Positions 51,974 to 62,055 of a stretch of DNA of 64,000 bases are shown piece by piece. The first letter of the stretch is position 1. Each line of letters begins with the position of its first letter. A model generated the notes under the pieces. The model ran no database searches. It was given only the letters and a program-made list of their open reading frames with translations, and was not told the origin of the DNA. Source of the DNA: an uncultured Actinomycetes bacterium. Its GTDB lineage: Bacteria; Actinomycetota; Actinomycetes; S36-B12; UBA10799. The stretch covers positions 517,697 through 581,696 of the forward strand of contig CAWGCB010000006.1 in the NCBI GenBank assembly GCA_963821045.1, in the 5' to 3' direction. Made by a program: the position numbers and the translations under genes.

Positions 51974-52687
51974 ATGCTCACGACCACCTCGCGCGCCAGT
52001 CAGACGCGCAAGAAGGCCGACCCCGGCATTCGGGTGGTCCGGACGCAACAGCGCGCCACGCGCCGTCCACATGTCGGCTTGCCAGCAGTCATCGCGATGG
52101 TGATCTTTGCCTTGATCGCCCTGCCGGTCGTTATCGTTGGTGGATCGGCCTACTACGTGAACTCGACCGCCGAGGTCGCCGACATCGCCGCGACCGATGC
52201 GATCGTCGTTTTGGGTGCCGCCCAGTTCGATGGGACTCCCTCGCCGGTACTGAAGGCGAGACTGAGTCACGCAGCCGATCTTTACCGTGACGGGGTAGCA
52301 CCCAGGATCATCACCGTCGGCGGAAAGCAGACCGGCGACCGATTCACTGAAGCCGGAGTCGGTCGCGCCTGGCTGATAGAGCAGGGGATCGACAGTGATG
52401 ACGTATTGGCAGTTCGACACGGTGAGGACACAGTGCAGAGCCTGCTCAACGTCGCCGAGTTAGCGAATGCAAACGGGTGGACGTCAATCACTTTGGATTC
52501 CGATCCGGCTCACATGGCCCGCAGCCAAGCAATCGCAAACCGACTCGGTTTCGCCGCCTACACAAACCCAACACAGAACGGCGACGGTAGCCAAGTCACC
52601 CAGGACTACCTTGCCCGAGAGACGGCGGCCTACCTGGCCTTCGAGTTATTCCAACAGTGGGACCTGCCTCGCGTGATCGAGAACTAG
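51974..52687 (+). CDS. YdcF/ElyC (DUF218) family protein with N-terminal TM anchor
   Basis: AIVVLGAAQFDGTPSPVLKARLSHAADLYRDGVAPRIITVGG is typical of DUF218. Confidence 0.75.
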   Translation: MLTTTSRASQTRKKADPGIRVVRTQQRATRRPHVGLPAVIAMVIFALIALPVVIVGGSAYYVNSTAEVADIAATDAIVVLGAAQFDGTPSPVLKARLSHAADLYRDGVAPRIITVGGKQTGDRFTEAGVGRAWLIEQGIDSDDVLAVRHGEDTVQSLLNVAELANANGWTSITLDSDPAHMARSQAIANRLGFAAYTNPTQNGDGSQVTQDYLARETAAYLAFELFQQWDLPRVIEN

Positions 52688-52697
52688 GGGTCAACTG

Positions 52698-53945
52698 GTG
52701 ACACCCACAGCAGGTTCACAATCCGATGCTGACTACTCCGACCACGATCAAGCGCGATGGGTGAGCGAACCCGGCAAGCGCGCGAGTCGGGGTCCGTTCC
52801 AGCGAGACCGCGCGCGGGTACTGCACTCCTCGGCCCTGCGTCGACTGGCAGCCAAGACCCAGGTGGTCGCGGCGGGTGAGTCAGACTTTCCCCGCACCCG
52901 GTTAACGCACACGCTTGAGGTCGCGCAGATCTCCCGTGAACTTGGAGCGTCGCTCGGAGCGGATCCCGACGTCTGTGACCTGGCCGGGCTGGCCCACGAT
53001 TTGGGTCATCCACCGTTTGGTCACAACGGCGAGGACGCGCTCAACGAGGCCGCAGCGCAGATCGGGGGTTTCGAGGGAAACGCCCAAAGCTTCCGGGTCC
53101 TGACGCGACTGGAATCCAAAGTGGTCACCGACCAAGGAGCATCGGCCGGCTTGAACCTCACGAGGGCGTCTCTCGATGGGGTCATCAAGTACCCCTGGTC
53201 GTTGCGGCCGGGCAACCGAAAGTTCAACGTCTACTCCGACGACCAACACGTCTTTGACTGGGTGAGGGTGGGAGCAGTGCCGGGTCGACGTTGCTTCGAG
53301 GCCCAGGTAATGGACTGGTCCGACGATGTTGCCTACTCCGTGCACGACGTGGAGGACGGAGTCCACGCGGGTCACATTGACCTAGAGTCGGTGACCGGCG
53401 GCGAGGAGAAGACCAGAGTCAGCCAACTTGCACACGATTGGTACGCGCCGGACATCCCGGTCCCCGAACTACGCGAGGCCCTCGATCGGATCCAGACGCT
53501 GCCGCAGTGGCCGGGGCGTTTTGATGGTTCCAGTCGGGACTTGGTGGCCCTGAAGAACCTGACCAGCAGTCTGATTGGCCGATTCGTGCAGCCGACGATC
53601 GACGCCACTCGTGATGCGTTCGGCGACCGCCCGCTGAGCCGCTACGACGCAGACCTGATGATTCCGCAGGACGTTCGCAGCGAAGTGTCCGCTCTCAAGG
53701 CACTGGCGAACATCTTCGTGTTTCAGCGTGACAACTCCGCAGCGATCTACCAGCGTCAACAGGAGGTTCTGCTCGAGCTGGTCGACGCACTCGTTCGCAA
53801 AGCCCCCGAAGGGCTCGACGCGGTATTCGCCCCCGCTTGGTTCGCGGCCGAGACTGACGCTGCGAGACTCAGAATCATCGTTGACCAGGTGGCATCTTTG
53901 ACGGATCGCTCCGTGATCCGCTGGCACACGACCCTGTGTCACTGA
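52698..53945 (+). CDS. dgt: deoxyguanosinetriphosphate triphosphohydrolase-like protein
   Basis: FQRDRARVLHSSALRRL, RLTHTLEVAQISR and LAHDLGHPPFGHNGE (HD domain). Conserved position before dnaG. Confidence 0.9.
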   Translation: MTPTAGSQSDADYSDHDQARWVSEPGKRASRGPFQRDRARVLHSSALRRLAAKTQVVAAGESDFPRTRLTHTLEVAQISRELGASLGADPDVCDLAGLAHDLGHPPFGHNGEDALNEAAAQIGGFEGNAQSFRVLTRLESKVVTDQGASAGLNLTRASLDGVIKYPWSLRPGNRKFNVYSDDQHVFDWVRVGAVPGRRCFEAQVMDWSDDVAYSVHDVEDGVHAGHIDLESVTGGEEKTRVSQLAHDWYAPDIPVPELREALDRIQTLPQWPGRFDGSSRDLVALKNLTSSLIGRFVQPTIDATRDAFGDRPLSRYDADLMIPQDVRSEVSALKALANIFVFQRDNSAAIYQRQQEVLLELVDALVRKAPEGLDAVFAPAWFAAETDAARLRIIVDQVASLTDRSVIRWHTTLCH

Positions 53946-53994
53946 GTCGTTCGCGGCTGCCGATTAGGCGAACGCCGGTGGCGAGCTCGTCGGA

Positions 53995-55181
53995 TCAACG
54001 CAGCAAGTCGTCTAGGGCGGAGCACAGGACAGCTAGGTCATCTGGCGTGTTGTACACGTGGGGCGATGCGCGCAAGATGCAGGTTTCGCCAACCTCCGCG
54101 TACTCGTCAGGATTGGTCGCAGGCCCTACCGGAGTGACGGTGACCCCATGCGTGCGTAGCTGCGCTGTCGCCTGCACCGAGTCTGGGTAAGGCAGCGCGA
54201 ACGTCACGATGCCGGTGAGTTCGGAGCCGCGATCTAAGACGCGCACCCGAGGCAGGGAGCCAAGGTCAGTGCGCAGCTGCGTCGCCAGCAGGTTGACCCG
54301 GTCTCGGATTGCACCTATCCCGAGTTCCAAGGGCGTAGTCCACGGCGGCTCCAAGGCCGACCACGCCTGCGTAGGACATTTCGAACGACTGGAATCGCAT
54401 CGCAATATCGGCCGGTCGGTAGTCCAGGCCGCCCTGCCAAGTGGCTCCGCACATGTCGATTGGGTAGGGCTCGAGGGAGTCAAGAACCCGATCGCTGACG
54501 GTCAGGAATCCGGTGCCTCTCGGACCTCGTAGCCACTTGCGTCCCGTTGCCGTCACGAAGTCTGCTCCGATCTTGTCCATCGGCACCGCAACTTGACCCA
54601 CGGACTGACAGGCATCAAGCAAGTACCAGGCCGATGAGTCAGCCTCACGAAGTGCGCTCCCGAACGCGGCAGCGTCCACGAGTAGGCCGTTCTGGCTGGG
54701 GGCATGAGTGATCGCGACGGCCTTCACTCGTTCATCCAGCATGGCGGCGAAGGCGGCAGGGTCGGCGACTCCGTCGGGGCCGTTGGGGATGAACTCGACG
54801 CTGATGCCATTGCGCCGGTGGGCTTGCAGCAGTGGGAGGACGTTGCTGGCGTATTCCGCGCGCGTCGTCAGCACCCGGTCACCTGGTGTGAACTCGATGG
54901 AGCTGATCGCTCGGTTCCACGCTGCGGTGGCACTACTTGTCAGCGCTACCCGCTGCGGGGTGACGCCTACGAGTTGCGCGATTGAGGTAATCGTCCCCCA
55001 GATCGAGGCGCCGTTGTCTTGCGCTGCGAGGTATCCACCCACTCGTTGTTCGTCGCGCAAGTAGGAGATAACCGCGTCATTCACGACCGTGGGGCTCAGC
55101 GCGGAGGCCGGCGTTGTCGAGGAAGGTTTGGTCCCGACAACTTGGTGTGTCTGCACGCAACGCGGTCACATCGAGAGTCAT
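53995..55181 (-). pseudogene. class V aminotransferase-fold PLP enzyme (cysteine desulfurase/C-S lyase-like), at least 2 frameshifts
   Basis: The ATG at 55181 gives MTLDVTALRADTPSCRDQTFLDNAG, then the frame is lost near 55100. The main body is in ORF 54266..55156 (ATGRKWLRGPRGTGFL PLP-Lys block). The C-terminal domain is in ORF 53995..54483 (switch near 54330). Confidence 0.8.
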
Positions 55182-55251
55182 GACGACATGGTGTCAGCCC
55201 ATTCTGTGAACGCGGCCACCGCCGGCAGGTGCGGCGGCATACGATGAGCCT

Positions 55252-57226
55252 GTGCCACGGATCAAGGACACCGACATCGTGTTGGTGCGCGAGCGAACTC
55301 GGATTGACGAGGTCGTCCGCGAGGTCGTCGCCCTCAAGCCTGCAGGCGGGGGATCACTCAAGGGTTTGTGCCCGTTCCACGACGAACGTTCGCCGTCATT
55401 TCACGTCACTCCCGCCAAGGGTTACTTCCATTGTTTCGGCTGCCAAGAGGGCGGTGATGCAATTGACTTCGTCCGCAAGATTGATCACCTAAGCTTCGCC
55501 GAGGCGGTCGAGAAGTTGGCCGCTCGGACAGGGACCACTCTGCGATACGAGGAGGGCGGCAGCGCCAAACCGGACCGCCTCAAAGGGGTGCGGACGCGAC
55601 TAGTTGAGGCTCACAAAGCCGCAGCCCAGTTCTACGCCGAACAGTTGCTGACACCCGATGCGCAGATCGGGCGCACCTTCCTAACTGAACGCGACTTCGA
55701 TGAGGCGGCTGCAAGTCGGTTCGGTGTTGGGTTCGCACCGACCGGGTGGGATGCACTGACCAATCACCTGCGGGCCAAGGGCTTCACTGATCAGGAACTG
55801 ACGACCGGCGGTCTAGCTGTGGCGGGCAAGCGCGGTCCCTACGACCGATTCCGCGGTCGTCTGGTTTGGCCGATCAGAGATCTGTCCGGCGACGTTGTCG
55901 GCTTCGGTGCGCGTCGACTGCGAGAGGATGACGAGGGCCCCAAGTACCTCAACACTCCCGAGACGCCGCTCTACAAGAAGTCCCAGGTTCTGTATGGGAT
56001 TGACCTAGCTCGTCGCGAAATCTCTCGGCGTCAGCAGGCCGTGATCGTCGAGGGATATACCGACGTGATGGCGGCCCACCTGTCGGGCGTAGAAACGGCC
56101 GTCGCTACCTGCGGGACAGCATTTGGCGTCGAGCACATCAAGGTGCTGCGGCGTCTGCTGATGGATCAAGACGAGTTCCGCGGCCAAGTGATCTTCACCT
56201 TCGACGGGGACGCGGCCGGTCGCAAGGCGGCGCTCAAAGCATTCGACGAGGACCAGCGTTTCGTCACCCAGACGTTCGTAGCGATCGACCCCGACGGGAT
56301 GGACCCGTGCGATATCCGACTCAAGCAGGGCCCAGAGGCAGTCCGGGAACTCGTGGCCAAGCGGGTCCCGATGTTCGAGTTTGCGATTCGGGCCACGTTG
56401 GGCGACTACGACTTGAATACGGCGGAAGGTCGGGTCGCCGGTTTGCGGGCAGTGGCTCCGATGCTGGCAGCTATTCGCGATCAGGCGCTGCGTCCTGAGT
56501 ACGCCCGACTGGTCGCCGGCTGGCTTGGTATCGAACCCCGAGATGTTAGCGAGGCAGTCGCGCGCGCCAAACCGCCGACCAGCAACGCATCGCGGCAGGC
56601 CTCGTCGCGAGATCGTCGCGCGCAGCGTGAGCTCGCGTGGCGAGTCAGGCAGGGGAACTGCAAGTGCCAACGACCTCGGGCAAGCGCCAGACGAAGTGGC
56701 GACGAGCAGCGGTGCTGCCACGACTTGGGAGCGTCCCGATCCCGCAAGCACAGCCACGGTGGTGGAGCGAGAGGCGCTCAAATGCGCGATGCAGATTCCA
56801 CAACATGTCGCTGCGTGGTACCAAAGCGTGGAGACGCAGGCCTACACCTCGAAGGTCCACGTCGCCGTCCACGAGGCGATCTCTGCTGCGGGCGGGCCCG
56901 GAGCAGTAGCTGACGGTCGAGAGTGGATCGAGGCGGTGCTTGGCCGGTGCCCCGACGACACAATTCGCGGGTACGTCCGTGGGTTCACGGTCGATCCGCT
57001 ACACACCAAGCAGGACGACGACGAGGGTCAGCGCAACTACGGTGCTGCCGTCATTGCGCGACTGTTGGAGATGGACGCGACTAGGCGCACGGTGGAACTC
57101 AAGGGTCGCCTGCAGCGAACGAATCCGGTCGAGAACGAGGCGGAGTACAACAAGCTATTCGCCGACTTACTGGCACTCGAGCAGTACCGCCGTCAGCTGC
57201 GCGAGCGCGCATTAGGGGAGGACTGA
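55252..57226 (+). pseudogene. dnaG: DNA primase DnaG, frame switch in the linker before the C-terminal helicase-interaction domain
   Basis: CHC2 zinc finger (CPFHDERSPSFHV..FHCFGC), RNA-polymerase core and TOPRIM (VIVEGYTDV, FDGDAAG) are in ORF 55252... The C-terminal EREALKCAMQIP ... LALEQYRRQLRER is in ORF 56525..57226. The switch lies somewhere in 56580-56740. Confidence 0.9.
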
Positions 57227-57231
57227 GATCA

Positions 57232-57762
57232 GTGGGTCTATTCCGAAAGCCAAGAATCCCGCAGGAGTACGCGCAGCTTCAGGCTCAGATCCCGCACGGC
57301 GAGCGGGTGATGAGTTGGGCAGTTGGACCAGCAACGCCGCAGGCAACGGCTGAGGGTTCCGGCGCGACGCTGGTCGTGGCAACGGATCTGGCGCTGTATC
57401 TGTTCGGCCATACCGATCGGATGCCCTGGGAGCACGTTCTGCGAGCTGCGTGGGAGGACCCGATCTTGGAGGTAGTGTCCGCCAACGGACGTGGGGGAGT
57501 GGAGCTCACCAGAGTCACTCTCGACGAAGCGGGCTCGATTCCCCAGGTCGTCCATGAGCGCGTCATGTCCACGATTGTCATGCAGCGACACGTGGAACTG
57601 CGGGGCGAGACTGGTGCGACCTTGGTGGCGCGACGAGTGCGTGGAAGCGACGAGATTCGTTGGGAAGTGGTGTTCGACGCTGGCCTAGACCCGAGTGATC
57701 CAGCGCTGCGTGCGGCCGCAGATGAGGAACTAGATGCGCTGCGTGCGTCGGTAGGGATTTGA
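57232..57762 (+). CDS. hypothetical protein
   Basis: 176-aa ORF immediately after dnaG, with coding-like composition and no recognised motif. Confidence 0.5.
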   Translation: MGLFRKPRIPQEYAQLQAQIPHGERVMSWAVGPATPQATAEGSGATLVVATDLALYLFGHTDRMPWEHVLRAAWEDPILEVVSANGRGGVELTRVTLDEAGSIPQVVHERVMSTIVMQRHVELRGETGATLVARRVRGSDEIRWEVVFDAGLDPSDPALRAAADEELDALRASVGI

Positions 57763-57916
57763 GTCTCAAATCGCACGTCTCACTGGCGATCCGGGAGTTG
57801 TTATCGTGCGGGTGGCGACCCATTCCGGGGATGGCTTTGTAGGATGAACACACCTGTTGGCGATACGTCAGATGAATACGCCCTAGTCTCACTTGCTAGG
57901 CTTCGTCGCCGGTCAG

Positions 57917-57990
57917 TCCCCCGTAGCTCAAATTGGCAGAGCGTTCGACTGTTAATCGATAGGTTACTGGTTCGAGTCCAGTCGGGGGAG
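57917..57990 (+). tRNA. tRNA-Asn (anticodon GTT)
   Basis: TCCCCCG/CGGGGGA acceptor stem, GCTCAAATTGGCAGAGC D-arm, anticodon loop CTGTTAA, GGTTCGAGTCC T-arm. CCA is not encoded. Confidence 0.9.
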
Positions 57991-58114
57991 CACCGAAGTT
58001 GGGAGCCCATGTCAAGATCAACTGGCATGGGCTCCCTCATTTGTGGGTGAATGGCCACTCAGTGTTGGCGCATCAAAATGCGCGCAGCGAGGCGCACGCG
58101 ACCCGGGGTTGGTA

Positions 58115-59524
58115 ATGGCACAAGAAGACGGTGTTCAAGAGTCGAGCAGCGGCGACGCGCAGCGCCCCCCACAAAGCAGTCGCCCGCGCACGGCTAAGTG
58201 GTTTGCGGGGATCGGCGTCATCGTGGTTGCTGGGGTACTGGCACTAGGGACCTGGTTCGTTCTCTCCGTGTGGGAGCAGGACCGCAACGTTGCGGATGCG
58301 CAGGCCGCGCTCGACCCGTTCTACACACCTCCAGCCGAGATCCCTGCCCAGCCTGGGACGATCATTCGGTCCCAGCCCCTGACAGACGTTGACGTGCCCG
58401 GTGGCGGCACTGCCTTCCGAATCCTTTATACGAGCCTCGGCTTCCAAGACGAGCCGGTCGCTGTGGGTGGCATGATCTTCGTTCCTGAGAAAGCCGCCCC
58501 CGAGAAGGGCCGCGAGGTAATTGCGTGGGCGCACCCAACCGTGGGCCTGGCTGATCAATGTGCGCCTTCGCGGGCAGCGAATCCGCTCAAGGACACCCAG
58601 GAGTGGCTGAACGTGGCCATGGAGCGTGGCTGGGTAGTGGCGGCAACCGACTACCTGGGTCTAGGCACACCTGGTCCGAACACCTACCTGATCGCGTCGC
58701 AGGAAGCCAAGGACGTGGTGAACTCGGTACGCGCCGCGCGCAACTTTGAGTTGGCGCAGGCCGGTAAGGACTGGGTCGTGTGGGGTCACTCACAGGGTGG
58801 GCACTCCTCGCTTTGGACTGGTGCGTTGGCCGAGGAGATCGCGCCGGAGCTTGACTTGCTCGCTGTTGGAGCGGCCGCACCTGCGGCAGAGCTCTCGCCA
58901 ATCGTGCAGCGCCAGTGGAATCAGGTCGTTGGCTGGGTGATCGGCCCGGAGGCGACGGTCTCGTTTGCGGACTACTACCCAGATCGGGATTTCACCTCGG
59001 TGCTGACTGGAGTAGCCAGCGCCGAACTCGACACTCTGAACAACGAGTGCATTCAAGGTGCCGGTCTGGACGGTTTGGCATCATCGTTGGCACGTCAGAC
59101 GTTCTTCAAGTCTGATCCCATGGCTGTTCCATCCTGGGCGCAGACCATCATCGAGCAGACACCGCGTCCCCTGCCAGCTGAGATGCCGGTGTTCATGAGC
59201 GAGGGGACCGCCGACGAGGTTGTCTTGAGCGGATCCAATGCGCTCATGCAGGAGCGTTGGTGCGAGGCCGGGTCGAATCTGACCGTGCAGTGGCTCGGTG
59301 GACTCAAGCACATGCAAATCGCCATCGCCTCAGGCCCCACCTTCATGGAGTGGGCGGGTGACCGGTTCGCTGGCAAACCAGCGGTACCGAATTGCTCGTA
59401 CCCGCCCGCCAGCCCGGCCTTCCCGCCTGTTGATGTGTCGCCGCAAGTTCTGGCTGCTCCGGCGACTGAGGGCCAACCGGTCGGCCCCGAACCGTCACAG
59501 CCAGCGAATCCGAGCGCTCCGTAG
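58115..59524 (+). CDS. membrane-anchored/secreted lipase (secretory-lipase LIP-like alpha/beta hydrolase)
   Basis: N-terminal TM helix (WFAGIGVIVVAGVLALGTWFVL), VVWGHSQGGHSSLW nucleophile elbow, about 470 aa. The start is at 58115 (ATG) or 58043 (GTG). Confidence 0.7.
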   Translation: MAQEDGVQESSSGDAQRPPQSSRPRTAKWFAGIGVIVVAGVLALGTWFVLSVWEQDRNVADAQAALDPFYTPPAEIPAQPGTIIRSQPLTDVDVPGGGTAFRILYTSLGFQDEPVAVGGMIFVPEKAAPEKGREVIAWAHPTVGLADQCAPSRAANPLKDTQEWLNVAMERGWVVAATDYLGLGTPGPNTYLIASQEAKDVVNSVRAARNFELAQAGKDWVVWGHSQGGHSSLWTGALAEEIAPELDLLAVGAAAPAAELSPIVQRQWNQVVGWVIGPEATVSFADYYPDRDFTSVLTGVASAELDTLNNECIQGAGLDGLASSLARQTFFKSDPMAVPSWAQTIIEQTPRPLPAEMPVFMSEGTADEVVLSGSNALMQERWCEAGSNLTVQWLGGLKHMQIAIASGPTFMEWAGDRFAGKPAVPNCSYPPASPAFPPVDVSPQVLAAPATEGQPVGPEPSQPANPSAP

Positions 59525-59601
59525 CGAGTCGGTAGGTCGAGTCTTCGCCCTACGACCATGCTCATCCGGGCTCGGTTCGGCACGGTCATAGACTCGGGCT
59601 C

Positions 59602-60474
59602 ATGGCTCCCACTGGTGACACCGCGATCGAGGCGGACCTGACAGAGTTTTCCGGCACCGGTTCGTACCTGACGAACCCCTCTCTTGAGGCGGCAGTGCGT
59701 TGCGCGCTGGTGTTGCAGAAGCCGCTACTCGTGCGTGGTGAGCCGGGAACAGGGAAGACACTGCTCGCAGAGGCGATCGCTGAGGCGGAGGGACTCGACC
59801 TCATTACCTGGAACGTGAAAAGTACGACCAGGGCACAGGACGGGCTGTACCACTACGACACGGTGCAACGGCTCTACGACAGCAGGTTCGGGGACCGCAA
59901 CGTCAGCGATATCCGCGACTACATCCACATGGGTCCAGTCGGGCGCGCATTCCAGTCCGAGCGTCGCGTTGTGCTGTTGATCGATGAGGTCGACAAGGCC
60001 GACATCGAGTTCCCCAATGACTTGCTGCACGAGCTCGATCGGATGCGTTTCACTGTTGCGGAGACGGGCGATGTGGTCGCTGCGGAGCACCGACCGATCG
60101 TCGTCATCACAAGTAACGCCGAGAAGGAACTGCCTGATGCGTTCTTGCGACGCTGCATCTTCCACTTCATTGACTTCCCTGACCGCGAGTTGATGTCGCG
60201 AATTGTGGAGGTGCACCATCCGGGGCTCAATCGCCAGTTACTCGACCAGGCGTTGGAGGTGTTCTACCGGATTCGCGGACTCGAACGGTTGCGCAAGAAG
60301 CCGAGTACCAGTGAGCTCGTCGACTGGATCTCGATGCTGCTGGCTCGCAGTCAGGAGTCCATTGAGTTGTCTCCGGATCTGACTGATCTGGGAACGCTGC
60401 TGAAGAAGGAACAGGATTTGGCGGTGTTCGACGACTACGTGTCTGGTCGTTCGACGCGGCCGCGGATCAGGTAG
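59602..60474 (+). CDS. MoxR-like AAA+ ATPase (AAA_5 type)
   Basis: Walker A VRGEPGTGKTLLAEAIA, Walker B VLLIDEVDKA, sensor ITSNAEKELPDAFLRRC. Confidence 0.85.
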   Translation: MAPTGDTAIEADLTEFSGTGSYLTNPSLEAAVRCALVLQKPLLVRGEPGTGKTLLAEAIAEAEGLDLITWNVKSTTRAQDGLYHYDTVQRLYDSRFGDRNVSDIRDYIHMGPVGRAFQSERRVVLLIDEVDKADIEFPNDLLHELDRMRFTVAETGDVVAAEHRPIVVITSNAEKELPDAFLRRCIFHFIDFPDRELMSRIVEVHHPGLNRQLLDQALEVFYRIRGLERLRKKPSTSELVDWISMLLARSQESIELSPDLTDLGTLLKKEQDLAVFDDYVSGRSTRPRIR

Positions 60475-60524
60475 TTCAGGATTCGGTCTGTCCGCCGAAG
60501 TCCATTCACCTCGGGAGGTGCGCC

Positions 60525-61724
60525 TTGTTTACCAGTTTCCTGTACCGGCTACGCGACCTTGATGTGCCCGTCGGTGTTGGCGAGGCGCTGACCCTGGCGC
60601 AAGCCCTATCTGCCGGGCTACACGAGCAGACGCTCGATGGCTTCTACTACATGGCCCGCGCAACTCTGATTCATCACGAGGGCCATCTCGACGCGTTCGA
60701 TCAAGCGTTTCTGGCTGAGTTTAAGGGTGTCGAGTTCGACGATCCGCAGTTGACTGACGAACTCGCGCAGTGGTTGGAGGACGCTGCCAACGAGTTCGGC
60801 GAACGCGAACAGGGAGCCGACGAGGACTTCACTGAGTTCCTCAGTGACGAGGAGTTAGAGGAGTTACGCCGCAAGTTCGAGGAGCGGATGGCGGAACAGA
60901 CCGAGCGCCACGACGGTGGCAACTACTGGGTCGGAACGCAGGGGACGTCGCAGTTTGGTCATTCAGGCCAAGCCAAGCAGGGGATTAGCACCAAGAGCAG
61001 CGGCGGCGGTCGCGCTGCGCTGCACGCAGCGGATGCTCGCCACTATCGCGGCTACCGATCCGACGTCTCCCTGGACATTCGCCAGTTCGAGGTTGCACTG
61101 CGGCGCCTGCGAGCGTTCGTTCGCGAGGGCGCTGAGGATGAACTTGACATCGCCGCGACGATCGATGCGACCGCAGCCAACGCTGGTGACATCGAGATCG
61201 TCGTCCGACCACCGAGTAAACCCAACACCCACGTCATCTTGATGATCGACGTGGGCGGGTCAATGTTCCCGTACTCCCAGTTGATGTCTCAGTTGTTTAG
61301 CGCGACGAAGAAGGCCACGCACTTTAAGGATCTTCGCACGTTTTACTTCCACAATTTGATCTACGGCAAGGTGTACGAGACGGATCAATTCAGTGATCCA
61401 GTGTGGCTGCATGACCTGATGCGCGAGTGCGACAGCAAGTACAAGTTGATCATTGTCGGCGACGCGTACATGGCGCCGTACGAGTTGTGGCACTCAAGTG
61501 CACTGTCAGCCACCGACGATTCTCGAGTCAGTGGAATCGAATGGCTGTACATGCTGCAACAACACTTCCGCCAAAGCGTGTGGCTCAACCCTGAACCGCA
61601 GAACCGCTGGCGAGGTAGCACCATCGAGCAGATCGCCGACGCGATCGAGATGTATCCGATGACCGTGGATGGGCTGACTGAGGCAATGACCAAGCTGAAT
61701 CGCGGGTCGATGTCACGACGATAG
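60525..61724 (+). CDS. VWA domain protein, CoxE-like partner of the MoxR ATPase
   Basis: 399 aa with an acidic helical middle part and a C-terminal VWA fold with MIDAS-like VILMIDVGGSM. Gene order AAA-VWA is typical of CoxD/CoxE-like pairs. Confidence 0.75.
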   Translation: MFTSFLYRLRDLDVPVGVGEALTLAQALSAGLHEQTLDGFYYMARATLIHHEGHLDAFDQAFLAEFKGVEFDDPQLTDELAQWLEDAANEFGEREQGADEDFTEFLSDEELEELRRKFEERMAEQTERHDGGNYWVGTQGTSQFGHSGQAKQGISTKSSGGGRAALHAADARHYRGYRSDVSLDIRQFEVALRRLRAFVREGAEDELDIAATIDATAANAGDIEIVVRPPSKPNTHVILMIDVGGSMFPYSQLMSQLFSATKKATHFKDLRTFYFHNLIYGKVYETDQFSDPVWLHDLMRECDSKYKLIIVGDAYMAPYELWHSSALSATDDSRVSGIEWLYMLQQHFRQSVWLNPEPQNRWRGSTIEQIADAIEMYPMTVDGLTEAMTKLNRGSMSRR

Positions 61725-61867
61725 CGGTGGATTTTCCCGCCCGCGGGCAGGGCGGTTGCCAAGGCGTTGTGCGCCGCGCGTCAGTGCGTACGGCACAATG
61801 GCGCGGTCGCTGTTTCGAACACGGCGTGCGGGCGCAGTTTCGCCTCGTGCGGCGGTGGAACTGCGAT

Positions 61868-61941
61868 GGGGCGGTAGCTCAGTTGGTAGAGCAGCGGACT
61901 CATAATCCGTCAGGTCCTCGGTTCAAGTCCGAGTCGCCCCA
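61868..61941 (+). tRNA. tRNA-Met (anticodon CAT), elongator-like; a lysidine-modified tRNA-Ile2 cannot be excluded
   Basis: GGGGCGG/TCGCCCC acceptor stem, GCTCAGTTGGTAGAGC D-arm, anticodon loop CTCATAA, GGTTCAAGTCC T-arm. It lacks the three G-C pairs of initiator anticodon stems. Confidence 0.85.
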
Positions 61942-62055
61942 CTGTGTGTTTGTATTAGTTCGGCACCTGCTGGACATTTTGGCTCCGGGAGTGCTTTACA
62001 CGTTTCCGGTTGATGCTTGTCGCTGGCTTCGGTTGGTGCTTGACACTCTCGATCC

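Noticed and set aside
51695-52420. 241-aa minus-strand ORF overlapping the dus 3' end and the DUF218 gene.
   Set aside because: It is antisense to two genes with recognisable motifs, so it is a shadow ORF.
56005-56781. 258-aa minus-strand ORF opposite dnaG.
   Set aside because: Shadow ORF antisense to the TOPRIM/linker region of dnaG.
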